DNA of 64,000 nucleotides. Source: the human T2T-CHM13v2.0 reference genome, Homo sapiens. Positions within the stretch are counted from its first letter, which is position 1, and each line of letters opens with the position of its first letter. The DNA lies in assembly GCF_009914755.1 (NCBI RefSeq), contig NC_060939.1. One strand, 5' to 3'. The translations under genes and the position numbers were made by a program. Of the stretch, positions 1-15,757 are shown piece by piece. The notes below the pieces were generated by a model that did no database searches, was not told where the DNA came from, and saw nothing but the letters and a program-made list of their open reading frames with translations.

Positions 1-542
1 TCACCAATTTTTACCTTTGCAATGATGTGGCATGAACCAAAGAGAAGAGCACAGTCACAAAGAGATGGAATTTGCATGGGATGGAGAGTCTGTCAGAGTT
101 TTGAATTCCAAGCCTGTCTGCAGAAACAGAAGATACTTTGAGACTTTAAAAGCTCCAAGGATTAAAGGAATATTGGCTGTGGGGAGCAGAGGGGACACTG
201 GATTCCTCACAGAACATGAAATGGAAATTAAGCCTTTGTTCTTTAACCTTAATGCTCGAGGTGGACTCAGGTGACGTCTGGGTACAAAAATAAGAAATGA
301 CTGGGAAGGGTGGAGCTTCTCAAAGAACAGCCAAGCTGGCCACTCTGCGGCAGGGTGGATCCCTGTTGCTATGGTTCCTGCTGGCTGACAAGGGGCTGGG
401 GAGGTAGCAGTAGACACCAAATGAGACAGACTGTTGATATCGTTTACAGAAGCAGCCCGCATCCTCCACCAATTGAGTTGCTAACGTTCCCTCTTTTGCC
501 AGACCCCCAGGCTGCACAAGAAACTATCTGTATCATTAGATA

Positions 543-3209
<2,667 letters not shown>

Positions 3210-3211
3210 TA

Positions 3212-3500
3212 TTTACTCAGTTATTCAGCAAATGTTTATTGAGTGCTTACCGCCTGCTAGGCAACTTGGGGGAGGCGAAGATGAACCTGAGGCACTGTGA
3301 GCCCTCAGGGGCTGCCCATGTGGCAGAGACAATAATTGCAGGTTCCAAGAATTCAAAAGCAATCTAGGTTAAGTGCTATACTAAACACGAAGGGATATGG
3401 CAATCAGAAAAAGAAGCCACTTCTGGGAAGGATGACTACAGGTGAATTCTTGGAAAAACAACCATCTGATCTAAACCTAGAAGTAAAAGATTCAGCTATG
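3212..3500 (-). mobile_element. L2 3'-end fragment
   Basis: ttattcagcaaatgtttattgagtgcttac...ctaggca is the typical L2 3' terminus in reverse orientation. Confidence 0.55.
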
Positions 3501-3749
3501 TGAAGGGAAGGGCGGCTGCCCCTGGAGGGCCAGTCTTGGGTATGGACATCTGGTCGAAGCAGCTCCTGTTATCAACTGACCCTACACAGCTATTTTCGCA
3601 AAAAAAACAAAAAAACAAAAAAACAAAACAAAACAGAACAACCAACCAGCGCCACAGGGCTAGGCAGAGGAGATGGCTCCACAGGGTGGACCTCACATTC
3701 TACCTAGGTTGGTGACCCCCCCAGGGTAGCTGAGGGAGCCCTAGAGAGA

Positions 3750-4640
3750 CGAAAGGGGGCCAGCAGAGGCCTGAAACGGCAGTCCTCAAACGGAGGCTCT
3801 CAGGCCTTGGAAATCCGAGCTGGGAGGTGTGGGGGAGTCAGGTGCAAGAGCGCCTCCACTCCTTGTGACTGCCGAGAGCCCGCGTCCCCGACTTTTACCT
3901 CTTCTGTCTGGTAGGTGGCCCACATGGGGACACGAGGGAGTCTCCCGGTATCCCGGTGCTGAGGTCCCAAAGACTCCGAGAGCCTCCGCCACGCTAACCG
4001 GAAGTTGTGACTGTCGCTTCCTCTCCATCTCTGCTCTTTACAGGAGAGGCTGAAGCTCGGGGAGGCGCAGGGGCGGAGTGTGGGGAGAAGCAGCTCCCGG
4101 GAGACGGAGGGCTTTGCGAAGCGGCGGCAATCAGGGGCGGGGCCTGGAAAGGAGGGCAGCGCGGAAGCTCGGCCCCGAGAGGGAGGAGGCGTGGTCTGTG
4201 GCTCGAGGGGCGTGGCCCGTAGCGGAAAAGGCGTGGCCCAGCTCAGGAGCCTGGCGGGCAAGCTCCTCCCTGTGCGCGGCGCTGTGCGGCGTGGAGAACC
4301 TCGCCCTGGGAGGGTGGGCCTGATTAGATTAGCACACACCGGGAAGAGACAGGCTGTCTCCTGGCACTGGCTCTTGGCTGTGGCACAACCAGCCTTATCA
4401 GCACATCTAGACCGAATGTGTTGGCAGGAGGAGGAGGGGGTATTGGTGGAGAGGTCAGAGCTTGCAAAAATAGCAGCTTCCAGTGGGGCTGCGGAGACAC
4501 AGCCCCGTGTCCAGGGGATGCAGAAGTGTCCTCGTCCTCGGCTGTGGGTGAGCCCCACAAACCGAAGGTGGTAACACTCCACTTCTCACATCACCAAACT
4601 CTTCAGCCCTGGTGCAGCTTCCGAGTTCACCGAGCCCCTT
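3750..4640. promoter_or_regulatory. CpG-island promoter, probably bidirectional
   Basis: High GC and CpG density; ETS/GABP/ELK site ACCGGAAGT 3997-4005; GC boxes GGGGCGGAG 4070-4078 and GGGGCGGGGC 4134-4143; KLF/SP-type GGCGTGG repeated ~4188-4238; splice donors pointing outward on both strands. Confidence 0.85.
3899..4030 (-). other. Putative first exon of a minus-strand transcript (5' end approximate)
   Basis: Donor GAG|GTAAAA at 3899/3898, just downstream of the ETS and GC boxes; an ATG at 3925 would give MWATYQTEE in phase 0 (weak Kozak context, may be an upstream ORF). Confidence 0.4.
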
Positions 4641-7600
4641 CTGGTTGTAATTAGATGTAACCTGACTTTAGAAAACTACAGTCTTAGTGGGAGTTGAGAT
4701 TTATAGCCATTCAAGCATTTATAAAATATCCCTCCTGTAAATTAATTAACTGACACACTGAATGTGTGTTCACCAATACTGACTCGAACGTATTTTGTTA
4801 GCACGTGTCTCCATAGCCCTGGGCACCCTGAGAACGTTTGGCTTCTGGTTAAGGTGCAGCGCCAATCCTGAGATGGGGCTGGCCCTGGATGGATACAGTA
4901 CTTAGAAGGCTGTAGGTAAAGGCAATGAGAGGTCCTGGCACCCCGCAACCCTCCACGACCTCTGCCACCCCATTTACTCAGCGGTTCAACCCCAAACCCT
5001 CACCAGGGAAGGCCGCTGGGGAAGCCCTTGTGGAGCAATTATCCTTGGACTCCTGCATTCCTCGGCCAGGCTCCCGGAGGTGAGGCTCTTTCCTCTGGGT
5101 GGGCAGGAGCCCAGGGCACCTGCAGAGACCTTCTGGGCCCCTGCTCTACCCAGTCCCTCTGTACCTGAAACAGCTGTCCACAGAAGGGAAAGCTGCCAGC
5201 ACCTCTGGTTATACCGTGACAGGTTCCTGTGGACATTGCAGCCCTGGGATATGGGATTTAATGGAGAGTGCTCAGGCAGTGAGGAGGAAAACACAAGGGA
5301 ATTCTCCAGTCTACTGGGAACTGGAACTCTCTGGAGTATGCTCTCTGGAGCATGTGAGTTGTTTTGCTGAATTATAGTGGTTTGAACTATTACAGTTTAT
5401 CAAAATCATTAGATAAGATGTCTTGAATCAATACCTTTCTCTCATAAAAGCCTTCTGAAGAACTTAGAATCAGCATGAAGAAATATTCGAGTAAGAGTTG
5501 CATTCAAAACAAAGGGTCTTTCTTAAAAACAGAACCTTTCTTTAAAAAAAGGGTCTTGCTTAAAAACTTTGCAAACAAAATCACTTGAATTAAAAAGCCA
5601 TTTATTCATCTTGGCTTATTTTGGGGATCATAAAGCCGTTTGATAATCTAATGAAATCGGGGGCCCTCTCCACAGAAAATACAATCTCTCTCAGTATTGG
5701 TGTGTGTATCAATCAGTTAGCACAAAACCCTGAAGTTCATGGGATGCGTGTTTTACAAGCTCAAATTGCTTTCAATACTAGTGGGTGGAGTTCCACAAAT
5801 TTGTACATCATTTGCTTAGGATGTCTGCAGTGTTTTCCTATAGAAAAAACTATGACAAAAAGGGTTGTTAGGTTTCACTCCAGATTATCAAACAATTTCA
5901 TGTGAAGGTAAGAAGCCACGGTTCCTGGTGAGACACGAGGACTAGCCCAGGCTCCCTGTTTTGGAGCCACAGTGCCGCTGGGAGGCAAGGAAAGTATTGC
6001 TGGACCTAGAAGCTGTAGAGGAAGCCCTGAGTGCCGGGAGCAGGCATTCTGGAATATGAGCCACCCACAAGTGAAGCATTTATACATAGTGACTGCCCTT
6101 TCAAAATCTCCTGAGTATATACAAGCAGCAGCAACAACAAAACAAAATGAAACCTCAGCTCATCTTTAGGTGTATAATTCAGGCAGCTCAGATGAATTGC
6201 AGTAAGACATATAAACAACAAAGTTTCTTCCTGCTTTTGCAAATCTCTTGGCGTTTATGACATTAAAATGACAAGAATACACATTTGAAAGCGGAAATAT
6301 TGCTCATTATTCTGCAATTAAGTAATTGACTACATTCCTTAGCACAGGAAATGAAGAAAAAATTTACCATCCCTGAGAAAGAAATGCAATTTCTAAACCA
6401 AATTTAAATATTTAACTGCAGCTGTGAAAACCACAGGACACCTGCATTTGCATCTGGTTCAGCAAGTTTATGATACAAAACCTTGCAGGTAAGTTGTTCT
6501 CAGGTCAGGGAAGATGGAAAATTGTTTTGAGAAGCTTACATAAGCCCTAGGTGGTGGTGACTTCCTTTGTAGTCATTCCTACAAGGAAGGTTAGGCTGAG
6601 GGAATCGGCACTTTTATTAACAAAATTTATTTTGGAAATTCCAATCTATTCCGTTTAATGACCAAAAACTAAATATCTAACATCACAACCAACTCTCCTC
6701 CCACAACAGACTTCGATGGTATCTAGCTTTCCATTTGTTGACTCTATTTGATGTTTAATAATAAAACAGCTTCCTTCTCTGCCTCCCTCCATCTTGCTTT
6801 AAGCATTGATTATCTACCATAGGCCAAGAACCATACTTAGTGTTAGGGATCCAGAGATAAGGAAGACAGAATTGGTACCTTTAAAAAGCTCACAATCTAG
6901 TGGGGAGAAAGAAAGATGGATCCAAGTACAATTAGAGTGATTAGGAGAAGCAGCTTTGGAAGCGAACGTGCCGAAGTCTCAAGTTGGCCTCCTACTGGCC
7001 CAGCAAGTGACAGGCGACCTCACTGTCTTATGCCTGTCACTGGATCTGTGAAGACTGCCTGCCACGCATTCTGAAGTCCTTAGCATGGGGAGGACATGGT
7101 GTGCTGAGTTAAGTGTACAGCAATGCGAAAGAAGTATATATGTAAGGGTCCTCTCACTCAGCCTAGGGCTGGCAGGAGAGGAGTCCAGTTACTGAGGCTT
7201 TTCAGCCTTTATACCTGCCGAAAGGCAGAGTGTGCATTTATTCATCCATCTAAATGCTAAATGTAGTCAGAAGATGAAGTAGTCACCTCTGTATGAAATC
7301 TGAAAGGGCTGGTGAAAAGAGATATAAGTCTCCCAGGCCCCTAAAGCTATCTGAAAAGCTGGCATAGGATAGGAATTATTTTGAAAATGTTTTTCTTTAT
7401 AAGTCTAAAAAGATACTTTTCTGGAGTCGAGTAAGTTTGAAAAGCAAAATGATTGCACTGACCTACATTCAGAGGACAAATACATTGTACTGTGAGAAGA
7501 AATCTGGAGAATTCAACCTAAGCCAATGAGAACCAGGGAAATGTAAGAGAGATGCCCTTCACTAAATAAACTGTTCATGCAGGTGCTTGTTTGCCGTCAG

Positions 7601-8348
7601 TGTTGAGTGTGCTGGAGCAAAATGTGTCAGACTCGCTGGGTGACACCCTTGCCATGTGCCTTACTTGGGAAAGTTATCTAATTATTCTGAGCCTTAGCAA
7701 CCTCTTGTGTAAAAATGAAACTAAAAATGCTCCTTTTGCAAAAGTGCTGTAGCCATTAATTGATCTAACAATGCTTAACACAGTGCTGGATTCATAACAG
7801 GCATTTGGAAAATTGTACTTTCTCTTGTCTCAAGAGCAGGGCCAGTCACCCCTGAAAGAAGACCCTCCAGAACTGAATGAAAAAGGACCCTCTTTATTAG
7901 CTGCCCCCAGCCCCCACTATTCTACAGCGAGTATACACCAAACCACAAATGAAAATGTGCTGTGTTTTCCTGAGATGCAGGTGAAGAAATCCCAGCCCAA
8001 TGGTGTAGAATTCCCAAAATTATCTGGAGCAGGCTTCACCCTTTGCTCTCAAATCCCAAGTTTCATCGTCTACTCAATATCCAAATGCAATACAAGCTTG
8101 TTTCCTGAAATGTATCAGGTCACTAGCTTTTTTTCATAAAACATTTTTTCTGCTGTGAATTACTTTGAAATTATAAATTAAAATTAAACACAAATTTATA
8201 AAAGAGCTACAGTGCTAATCAAAATGAAACCACCACCAGCCATCCTACTGCAGCTGACCCTGACAGCCACCCTTCCAGTGCTCCAGGGCTCACCTCCCAC
8301 CCACTCTCTCTTCCCTGTACCTTTAGAAAACCCCATCCTATAGTCAAG

Positions 8349-8909
8349 TGTAATGCCCAACCTGTTATTACGAACCTTGTTTTTAGACTCTCCTCTTTCC
8401 TTTAATCACCTAGCCTTGTTTCCACCTGAATTGACTCTCCCTTAGCTAAGACAGCCAGAGAGACTCCATCTTGGTTCTTTCACCGGCAGCCCCTTCCTCA
8501 AGGACTTAACTTGTGCAAGCTGACTCCCAGCACATCCAAGAATGCAATTAACTGATAAGATACTGTGGCGAGCAATATCCGCAGTTCCCAGGAATTCGTC
8601 TGATTGATAACACCCAAAGCCCCACGTCTATCACCTTGTAATAGTCTTAAAGCCCGTGCACCTGGAACTGTTTACTTTCCTGTTACCATTTATCCTTCTA
8701 ACTTTTTTGCCTACTTTATTTCTGTAAAATTGTTTTAACTAGACCCCCTTCCCCTTTCTAAACCAAAGTATAAAAGAAAATCTAGCCCCTTCTTCAGGGC
8801 TGAAAGAACTTTGAGCGTTAGCCGTCTCTTGGCCGCCGGCTAAATAAACGGACTCTTAATTCGTTTCAAAGTGTGGCGTTTTCTCTAACTCGCTCAGTCA
8901 GGTACAACA
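8349..8909 (+). mobile_element. LTR6 (LTR6A/B, HERVS71 group) solo LTR
   Basis: Starts TGTAATGCCCAACC and ends GGTACAACA; TATA-like GTATAAAAG ~8768 and AATAAA ~8843; AAGTG on both flanks; matches the recalled LTR6 consensus. Confidence 0.8.
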
Positions 8910-9440
8910 AAGTGACTCCTCCATATAAGGAACATTTTCAATAAGCATTCCCTTTGCAGCCTCCTTTAGTTGTAAGTTGGTGACCTACTGTAGCCTTTTT
9001 TTGGAGAGGTTGCTTCTTCTCCCAAACTGGGCACCAAAGAGCTAAGGGAGAGGGGCACCCCCCTTTCCCACTCCTGATCAGCCTCTGGGTCTTCGTTCTT
9101 CCACTGCTCTCTCTGGCCCATTCTACTTTCCTGGGATTTGGATGCATTGATCCCACTGCCTTCTGAACCTTTCCATCCAGATGCCCCACATGCAACCCAA
9201 GATCATCATGTCCCAAATTAACTCACTGTCTTTGTGCCTCAAATGTGTTCACCCACCCGCCCACTCACACAACCCAACCCAAACCAGAAGCAATATACCA
9301 GCCTCTTTCATTCTCACCCTAACCTCCAACAATCATTCAGCCACTATGTTCTGTCGATACTATTTCCTAAAAATCTTTCATCTCTAGAATGGGATCATGA
9401 GGTCAGCTGCAGTGCTGAGGGCTGGAGTGTTTCCACTGAT

Positions 9441-9454
9441 GTCGCCATGGCAAC
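9441..9454. promoter_or_regulatory. RFX X-box motif
   Basis: GTCGCCATGGCAAC is 13/14 identical to the palindromic RFX site GTTGCCATGGCAAC. Confidence 0.45.
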
Positions 9455-9734
9455 GGATTAGAGGATGAGTGCCTAGACTCACAAATTGCATCCCAGAAGC
9501 ATGCTTACCCATGGTGTCTAGAGTATGGAGGTCAAATACCAAACCTCAGACATGTTATGGGTTAAATAGAATAATATAGGGAATGACCAGATGCCTCACA
9601 CTCTATAAGGGAGCAGATGTTCCAACTCAACACAATATAATATGAATGAATTTCTGGAATGTGCTGGTAAACTGCAGAGTCATTGCATACTCTCCTTTAT
9701 TTAAAACAGGTATTTATCTGAACAATACTCACTA

Positions 9735-9902
9735 AATACATGTGTATATATGTGTTTGTGTGTGTATGTATACATACACACATATATACACACATATTTA
9801 TAGAGAGAAAAAACTTTAAAAATTATATATATCTCTCTCTCTAAATATTAGATAATCTCTAAAGATTAGATAACTTTCCCAAGTAAGAGATATATGTATC
9901 TC

Positions 9903-9959
<57 letters not shown>

Positions 9960-9990
9960 GAGGAAGAGAGAGAGACTTTATATGTTGAAA
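9735..9990. repeat. (TA)n microsatellite with flanking AT/GA low complexity
   Basis: Pure (TA)n at ~9906-9955. Confidence 0.9.
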
Positions 9991-11029
9991 CATATGTGTA
10001 CTAATCAAAGCCATAGTTTTATTTTCCGGCAACTATCTTTAATTAAGAGAATTCCAAAAGGGAATGCAGTGACTCCAGTGATATCATTCTTCCAAAGATG
10101 CTCTGAGAACTGGCTGTGAAAAACATCCATATTGCTTGGACAAGGCACCCTCAATCTCCATATTTCAAAGGTACTTGAACTGGGTGAACATTACCCCTGG
10201 AGACTGGCGAGTGATTCATCCCCATTCTGACTGTGAGACGTGTATCAGGCTGGATGATCCATGCCTCTGTGCTCTTCCCCTGCTTAAACATAGCTCCTGC
10301 AGATGACCATAAGGTTAAGAATTCTATGTTCTTAAATAGTGATGGTCCTCTCTTGGGTGGCATGATTTATGGAGTTTGTATTATTAGATTTGCTAAACTG
10401 AGTATCACTTAAAATTACTTCTCTGAATGCCTTCAAGAGAGCAGACAAGGCAAAAAAAAAATGCTTAAACAGAAAGAAAGACGTTTATTTATCAGGAGGA
10501 ATAATTTCTGATATTTGGCACAAGTGAATGCCAGAACCGTACCAGTCAACCTTTCTTAATGGGTTTTTTACTCCCTTTCATTTACAGAATGAGTATTTCT
10601 GTCTTAAGACCGCTCCCATACCCTTACACTGTGAAAATTCAATTGCCCTTTGATTTCATATATATGCATCTAGATCAGGATTTGTCAATGGATTTCCTCA
10701 CCTCAAAGACAAATCATGTGGATTAGTGATGCCACACATTTTAGAGTTCTTTCAATGTCTGAGATGTGCTATTTTTAGAGAGCAAGTCTATTCATTTCTG
10801 AGATCATGCCTATTTCTAGTTTCTGTGCAGAACCTATTAGATTACTGCTGTTAGATAAATCACAATATCAACAGTACTGCACTTGATATAGCCGAGAAAT
10901 ATTAGTTTGATAGTTGTCTTTTCTGAATTGCTATTAATTGGATAAATATTTGGATGGACATCTCTGCAAGGCATTGCATAAAGCAGCCCTTTCCTCTGGA
11001 ATACTGTAATCAAAGCCCAGGTAGCCAGA

Positions 11030-11202
11030 CAGGAACTACCATGCAGGTTTCATACACCCAATCAAGCACAGTGCCGAAGGAGGGAAAACACAAGTGTTAA
11101 CCTTTAGATTGGAGAATAACAGCACCTTATTTCTACTTTTTGAACAAAGGACCTTGTGCTTTCATTTTGCACTAGGCCCCTCAAATTAGGTAGCTGGCCC
11201 TG
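11030..11202. mobile_element. MER91-like hAT MITE fragment
   Basis: tttcattttgcactaggcccctcaaattaggtagctggccctg resembles the MER91 terminus. Confidence 0.45.
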
Positions 11203-11299
11203 CTTGTGAACTAACCTTGTCCTTTGTCTCTGACCATTCAGATCCATGTCTTCCTCCAGCATCCATGGCACCAACTTGCTAGCTTGTAATTAGGGCAAA

Positions 11300-12482
11300 A
11301 CAGACTCTCCACCATTCTGGATACATGCTCTCCTGCCTTTCCTCCGACCTAAATGGCTCATCTTCTTTGCTACTCCCTCCAATTCTGCCTCTTCTTTTTA
11401 ATGCTAGATGGCCCCAGGGCTCCTCTTTTTATGCCACCATCCACCCACTCTTTCCACCAGACCCTGGTCTCTTCTCTATCTGCACTCCCTCCCTTAAGTG
11501 ATTGCCTCTAGCTGCATGGCTGATCCTGATCATTCCATCTATATGCTTAGAATTCCTAAATGTTGTCTCCAACCAAATTTTTAAATCAAACTCCAGAATC
11601 AACTCAACACATTCAAATGGAATTACTGATCTTACTCTCAAAACCAATCCACTTGTGGTCTTCCCAGTTCACACAACGGCATTCTCTCCTTGCAGTTACT
11701 CAAGCCAACATTTCTGGAGTCATTTTTCACTCATCTCTTCTCTCACATTCTTCATCAATCTGTCTGAAATTCTATTGACCCCATGTTAAACACAGACACA
11801 GGTTCCACCATACCTTATCACCACTGTTTCTACCACCCTTGTCAAACACACCATCTCTCCCCATTCCTAGTCTAGGGGTGTCCTAACTGGGTCCTTGCAC
11901 TCTTCTCTCCCACGGTCTTGTTCCCATTGGAGCAACCAGAATGATTAATGAACAATTGAAGTCAGATCATTTGCTCTCCTGTTCAAAACCCTACAGTGGC
12001 TCCCTGCCTAAGTAAAGCCTAAGTCAACATGCTCTGGCCCACTTAGCATCTCTCTGACCTTACCTCTCATTATTGTCACCTTTGCTAGCTTAGTTCTGGC
12101 AACAACACCCTCTATGTTGCTCCTCAAACAACCCAGGCATCCTTCCACTTTGCATTCGCTGTTCCTTCTGCCTTGAACTCTCTTTCCCCTAACAACCTTC
12201 TCCTGACTTCCTTACCTTAGTCAGGTCTGCTCAGATTCACCCTCCTGACAGTGGCAACCCGCACCCTCTACACGCTCCCATCCTCTTAATCCTAATCATA
12301 CTCTAGATGATAGGTTTATTTATTGCACTTATTTATTATGTTTCTTTCCTTTTTCCCCCTGCTAGAACATCAGCTGCATGAGTGCAGGAAATTCTTTCTC
12401 TTTGGTTCGTAGATGTATCTGCAGCATCTAGGATGGTGCTGAGCACAAATTAGGCATTGCATAAAAATCTACTGAACAAGTG
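11300..12482 (+). mobile_element. L2 (L2a-like) 3' portion
   Basis: C/T-rich decayed L2 sequence ending in the typical ctagaa...catgag...gcagg...agcacaaattaggca...actgaa tail. Confidence 0.7.
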
Positions 12483-14206
12483 TGTAGAAGTTCTGTATAA
12501 CCTGGTTGTTGGTGTGTCCCTTCAGAAAAGATCTGTATGTTTTTTCAGAGGTGTTCCAGATTGGTTGATAGCCTTGGATTACTTCCAGTGAAAATTTCTC
12601 TGCAGCTTAAAGTTAAATCCCAAATCCAGATTAGCACAGGCATGGGATACAAATTCTTGGGGCAGACATTGTCTTGGCCACCTGAAGCATTAGCGAGACA
12701 GACACATTTCCTTGTTTGATAGTTGGCGACCATTGTCCTAGAACACCCTTTTACTGTGTACCCCTTTGATTGCACCAGCTCTATGAGGACTCCATTTCAG
12801 CCCTCTGCTTGGAGGACTTGCCTAGTCCCTAGCCTCCTGTTTCTGCCTAGCCACTGACACCAAGCCACTTGGTTACCAAGGGCAAAAGACCTCAGGCTTT
12901 CCATCCTCCAAGTGCAGCTTACAATGCTTTCACTCTTAGCCGGGACTTCCTATTATTTTCTTATGAATTAAGTGATATATTTAAATAATGTGCATTATAA
13001 TTTATCTGCCATTTCTAGTGGCTTTATATGGAGAGTTCTTTAGAATTGGTAGTCAATCATATTTCTGGACACTGAAGTCCCCATCCCTCATCAGCCCACC
13101 AGGGTTCTGAACCTGGTCCAAGCCTGGTCAGAGCAAGGTCACACAATGACCCCCAAAGGGCACTCTTTTGTCCTCATCCTACTCAATATCTAGGCAGATG
13201 CAGCAGGGCTGAGAGCTTGTTCTCTTTATGCCTGTCTGCCCAGTCTCTGTGATACCCGCTCCTCTTGCCTTTTTACTTTACTGGCTGGCTGCTCTGCTCA
13301 GGGCTCCCAGGATAGACGGCACCTCTGTTCTAGGTCTAAAGGTTAGATTACCTCAGTTGAGCCGTGCTCCTTCCTTCCTCTCTTCCAAGGTGATCTCAAT
13401 CATTCCTAAGATGTTTGACAAAAACCATAGCTGATGACACCCATTTCTGGCTGAAGGCCGGAGACCCCTCTGAGTGCCAATCCCTTATCCAGCTGCTCTT
13501 CTGACAGCACTACTTTGTAGTCTCTTTGTCATCTTTATTCCTTCTCTTTCCTTGTTTCCTAATCCAGTTCCAAGACCCACCCCAGTTGCCTTGAGTCAGA
13601 ATCCCAGGAGGTAAAGCCCAAGCCTGGCATTTTTTTAAAAGCTCCATTTGGAATTCTTATTTTTGCATGTAATCAGTCTTTATGACATTAATACATATTC
13701 TGGTCACTATTTTGATTTAAACCTTTCAACTTCACTCAAATCAGAAAATTCTATTTCCTGAAATCAACAGTCTATATTTAGAAACATGCGCATGTGTGCT
13801 GAGCCACTGGCAGAGGAACAACCCCCACCACGCTCCGCCGGGAACTAGGAAGAGTCTGTTCCGGTGAGGTGCAAGAACACAGTCTTCCACTCGCTTCTGG
13901 GATTCTAGTGGATGTCAATATGGTCTTGCTGCAAACCGTTTCAAGAGGGTCTCCAAAAAGCCATCAATGTCATGTCAACACCTGACATGACAGCAAGAAG
14001 ACACAGGTCATGGCTCTAGCATCACCGGTTTTCAGATGGTTCTCACGGCAGCACAGGTGTCTGAGGATGGCCTCAGCATGAGGACCTGCCTTCATCCAGG
14101 ACCTGATGCTATAATAATCATGGCCATCAACCCAATGCCCGTTGTTAATTCCAAAATGACTAGGTGTTTCAGTAAAATTAACGACAGAAATGAATACTTC
14201 AGAATA

Positions 14207-14550
14207 CAGTAGACCCCCTGTATCTGTGAATTCTCATCTGTGGAGTCAAACCAAGCTCGGATGGAAAATATTTGAAAAAAAAAAAAAAAAAGATGGTTAT
14301 GTCTGTACCAAACAGGTACATTTTTTTCCTGTAATTATTCCCTAAACAATACAGTATAGCAACTATTTACATGGCATTTACATTTTATTAGGAATTATGA
14401 GAATAGAGATGATTTAATGCATACGAGAGGATATGTGTAGGATATATGCAAACACTACATCATTTTATATCAAGGACTTGAGCATCTTTGGGTTTTAGTA
14501 TGCTCAAGGGGTCCTGGAACCAATCCTTCAAGGATATGGAGGGAAAACTG
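14207..14550 (+). mobile_element. Tigger3a/MER7-type MITE
   Basis: CAGT...ACTG termini flanked by TA; internal ccctaaacaatacagtatagcaactatttacat matches Tigger3. Confidence 0.8.
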
Positions 14551-15169
14551 TACATACCCAGTACGTGTTAACTTTGCTTGCTGGCTCCTATCATTATGTA
14601 AAGGATACTTCCATATCCTACAGTGTATTCACATAGTGTATTCATATAGAAATCCCTTGCTCTTGTGAAATTCAGACATGCCAGTACATTCGATTTCTTT
14701 AAGCTGTTGGGTAATGATTGTGTTTGTTTTAATTCCTCTAATATCTGCTCCTGGTAAATGTAAACAGATGTTTCTAATTATTCCCTTTCAGTGATGATGC
14801 ACACATATCAGGCAGGCAGATGGAAGATTTAGGTTTCACAAAGAGAAGGTGAAATGTCTATGATGCCAACAAGAGTTGTGAATGGATGATTTTCATTGTA
14901 AAAATCGCCATATTTTGGTTTGAAAGTCAGTAAATAAACAAGAACTATTAAATTACTCAAAACGGAGAGCATTGTTTTAATAAAGCAGGGCACTCCCTCA
15001 GCTACAAGCTGTAGTCCTGTTAAACTTTAGCATAACATCTCACACTATTCATATTCAAATGAGCTCGAGGGAGTTATGACAGAGGTATGGACCAGCCAAG
15101 CCAACTTGAGGCCACTGAATGCAAACTTTCCAGTAGCATTCAGATGGTGATTTAAAGTATCAAAACGTT

Positions 15170-15479
<310 letters not shown>

Positions 15480-15596
15480 TCACCATGGCACTGGTTAAAG
15501 CATCAACTATCAAGTTAATTGTACCTTTTCCTGATTTTGTGAGTAAGGTTGGATATTAAAATATAGGTTTTCCATATGTGAGAGTTGCCTCAAGTT

Positions 15597-15757
15597 GGAT
15601 AGCAGCTAGACGATTTTTACTGTGAGAACAATAATTCAAAGTGTCCTTTATGTTTCTCATTCCTTTGCAGGCACTGCACAGCCAGGATTCAGCCACCGCG
15701 GAGATGATTACACAGCTTAGAGATACACTGTCCAAACCTCCCATGAGTTTGGAATTG
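15597..15757 (+). repeat. Left arm of long inverted repeat IR-1
   Basis: Reverse complement of 17372-17536; 67/76 identical over the outer core by manual alignment. Confidence 0.9.

Noticed and set aside
3800-4582. 260-aa minus-strand ORF and overlapping 164-aa plus-strand ORF
   Set aside because: Pro/Arg/Gly/Ala-rich products expected from stop-poor CpG-island DNA; no recognisable domain
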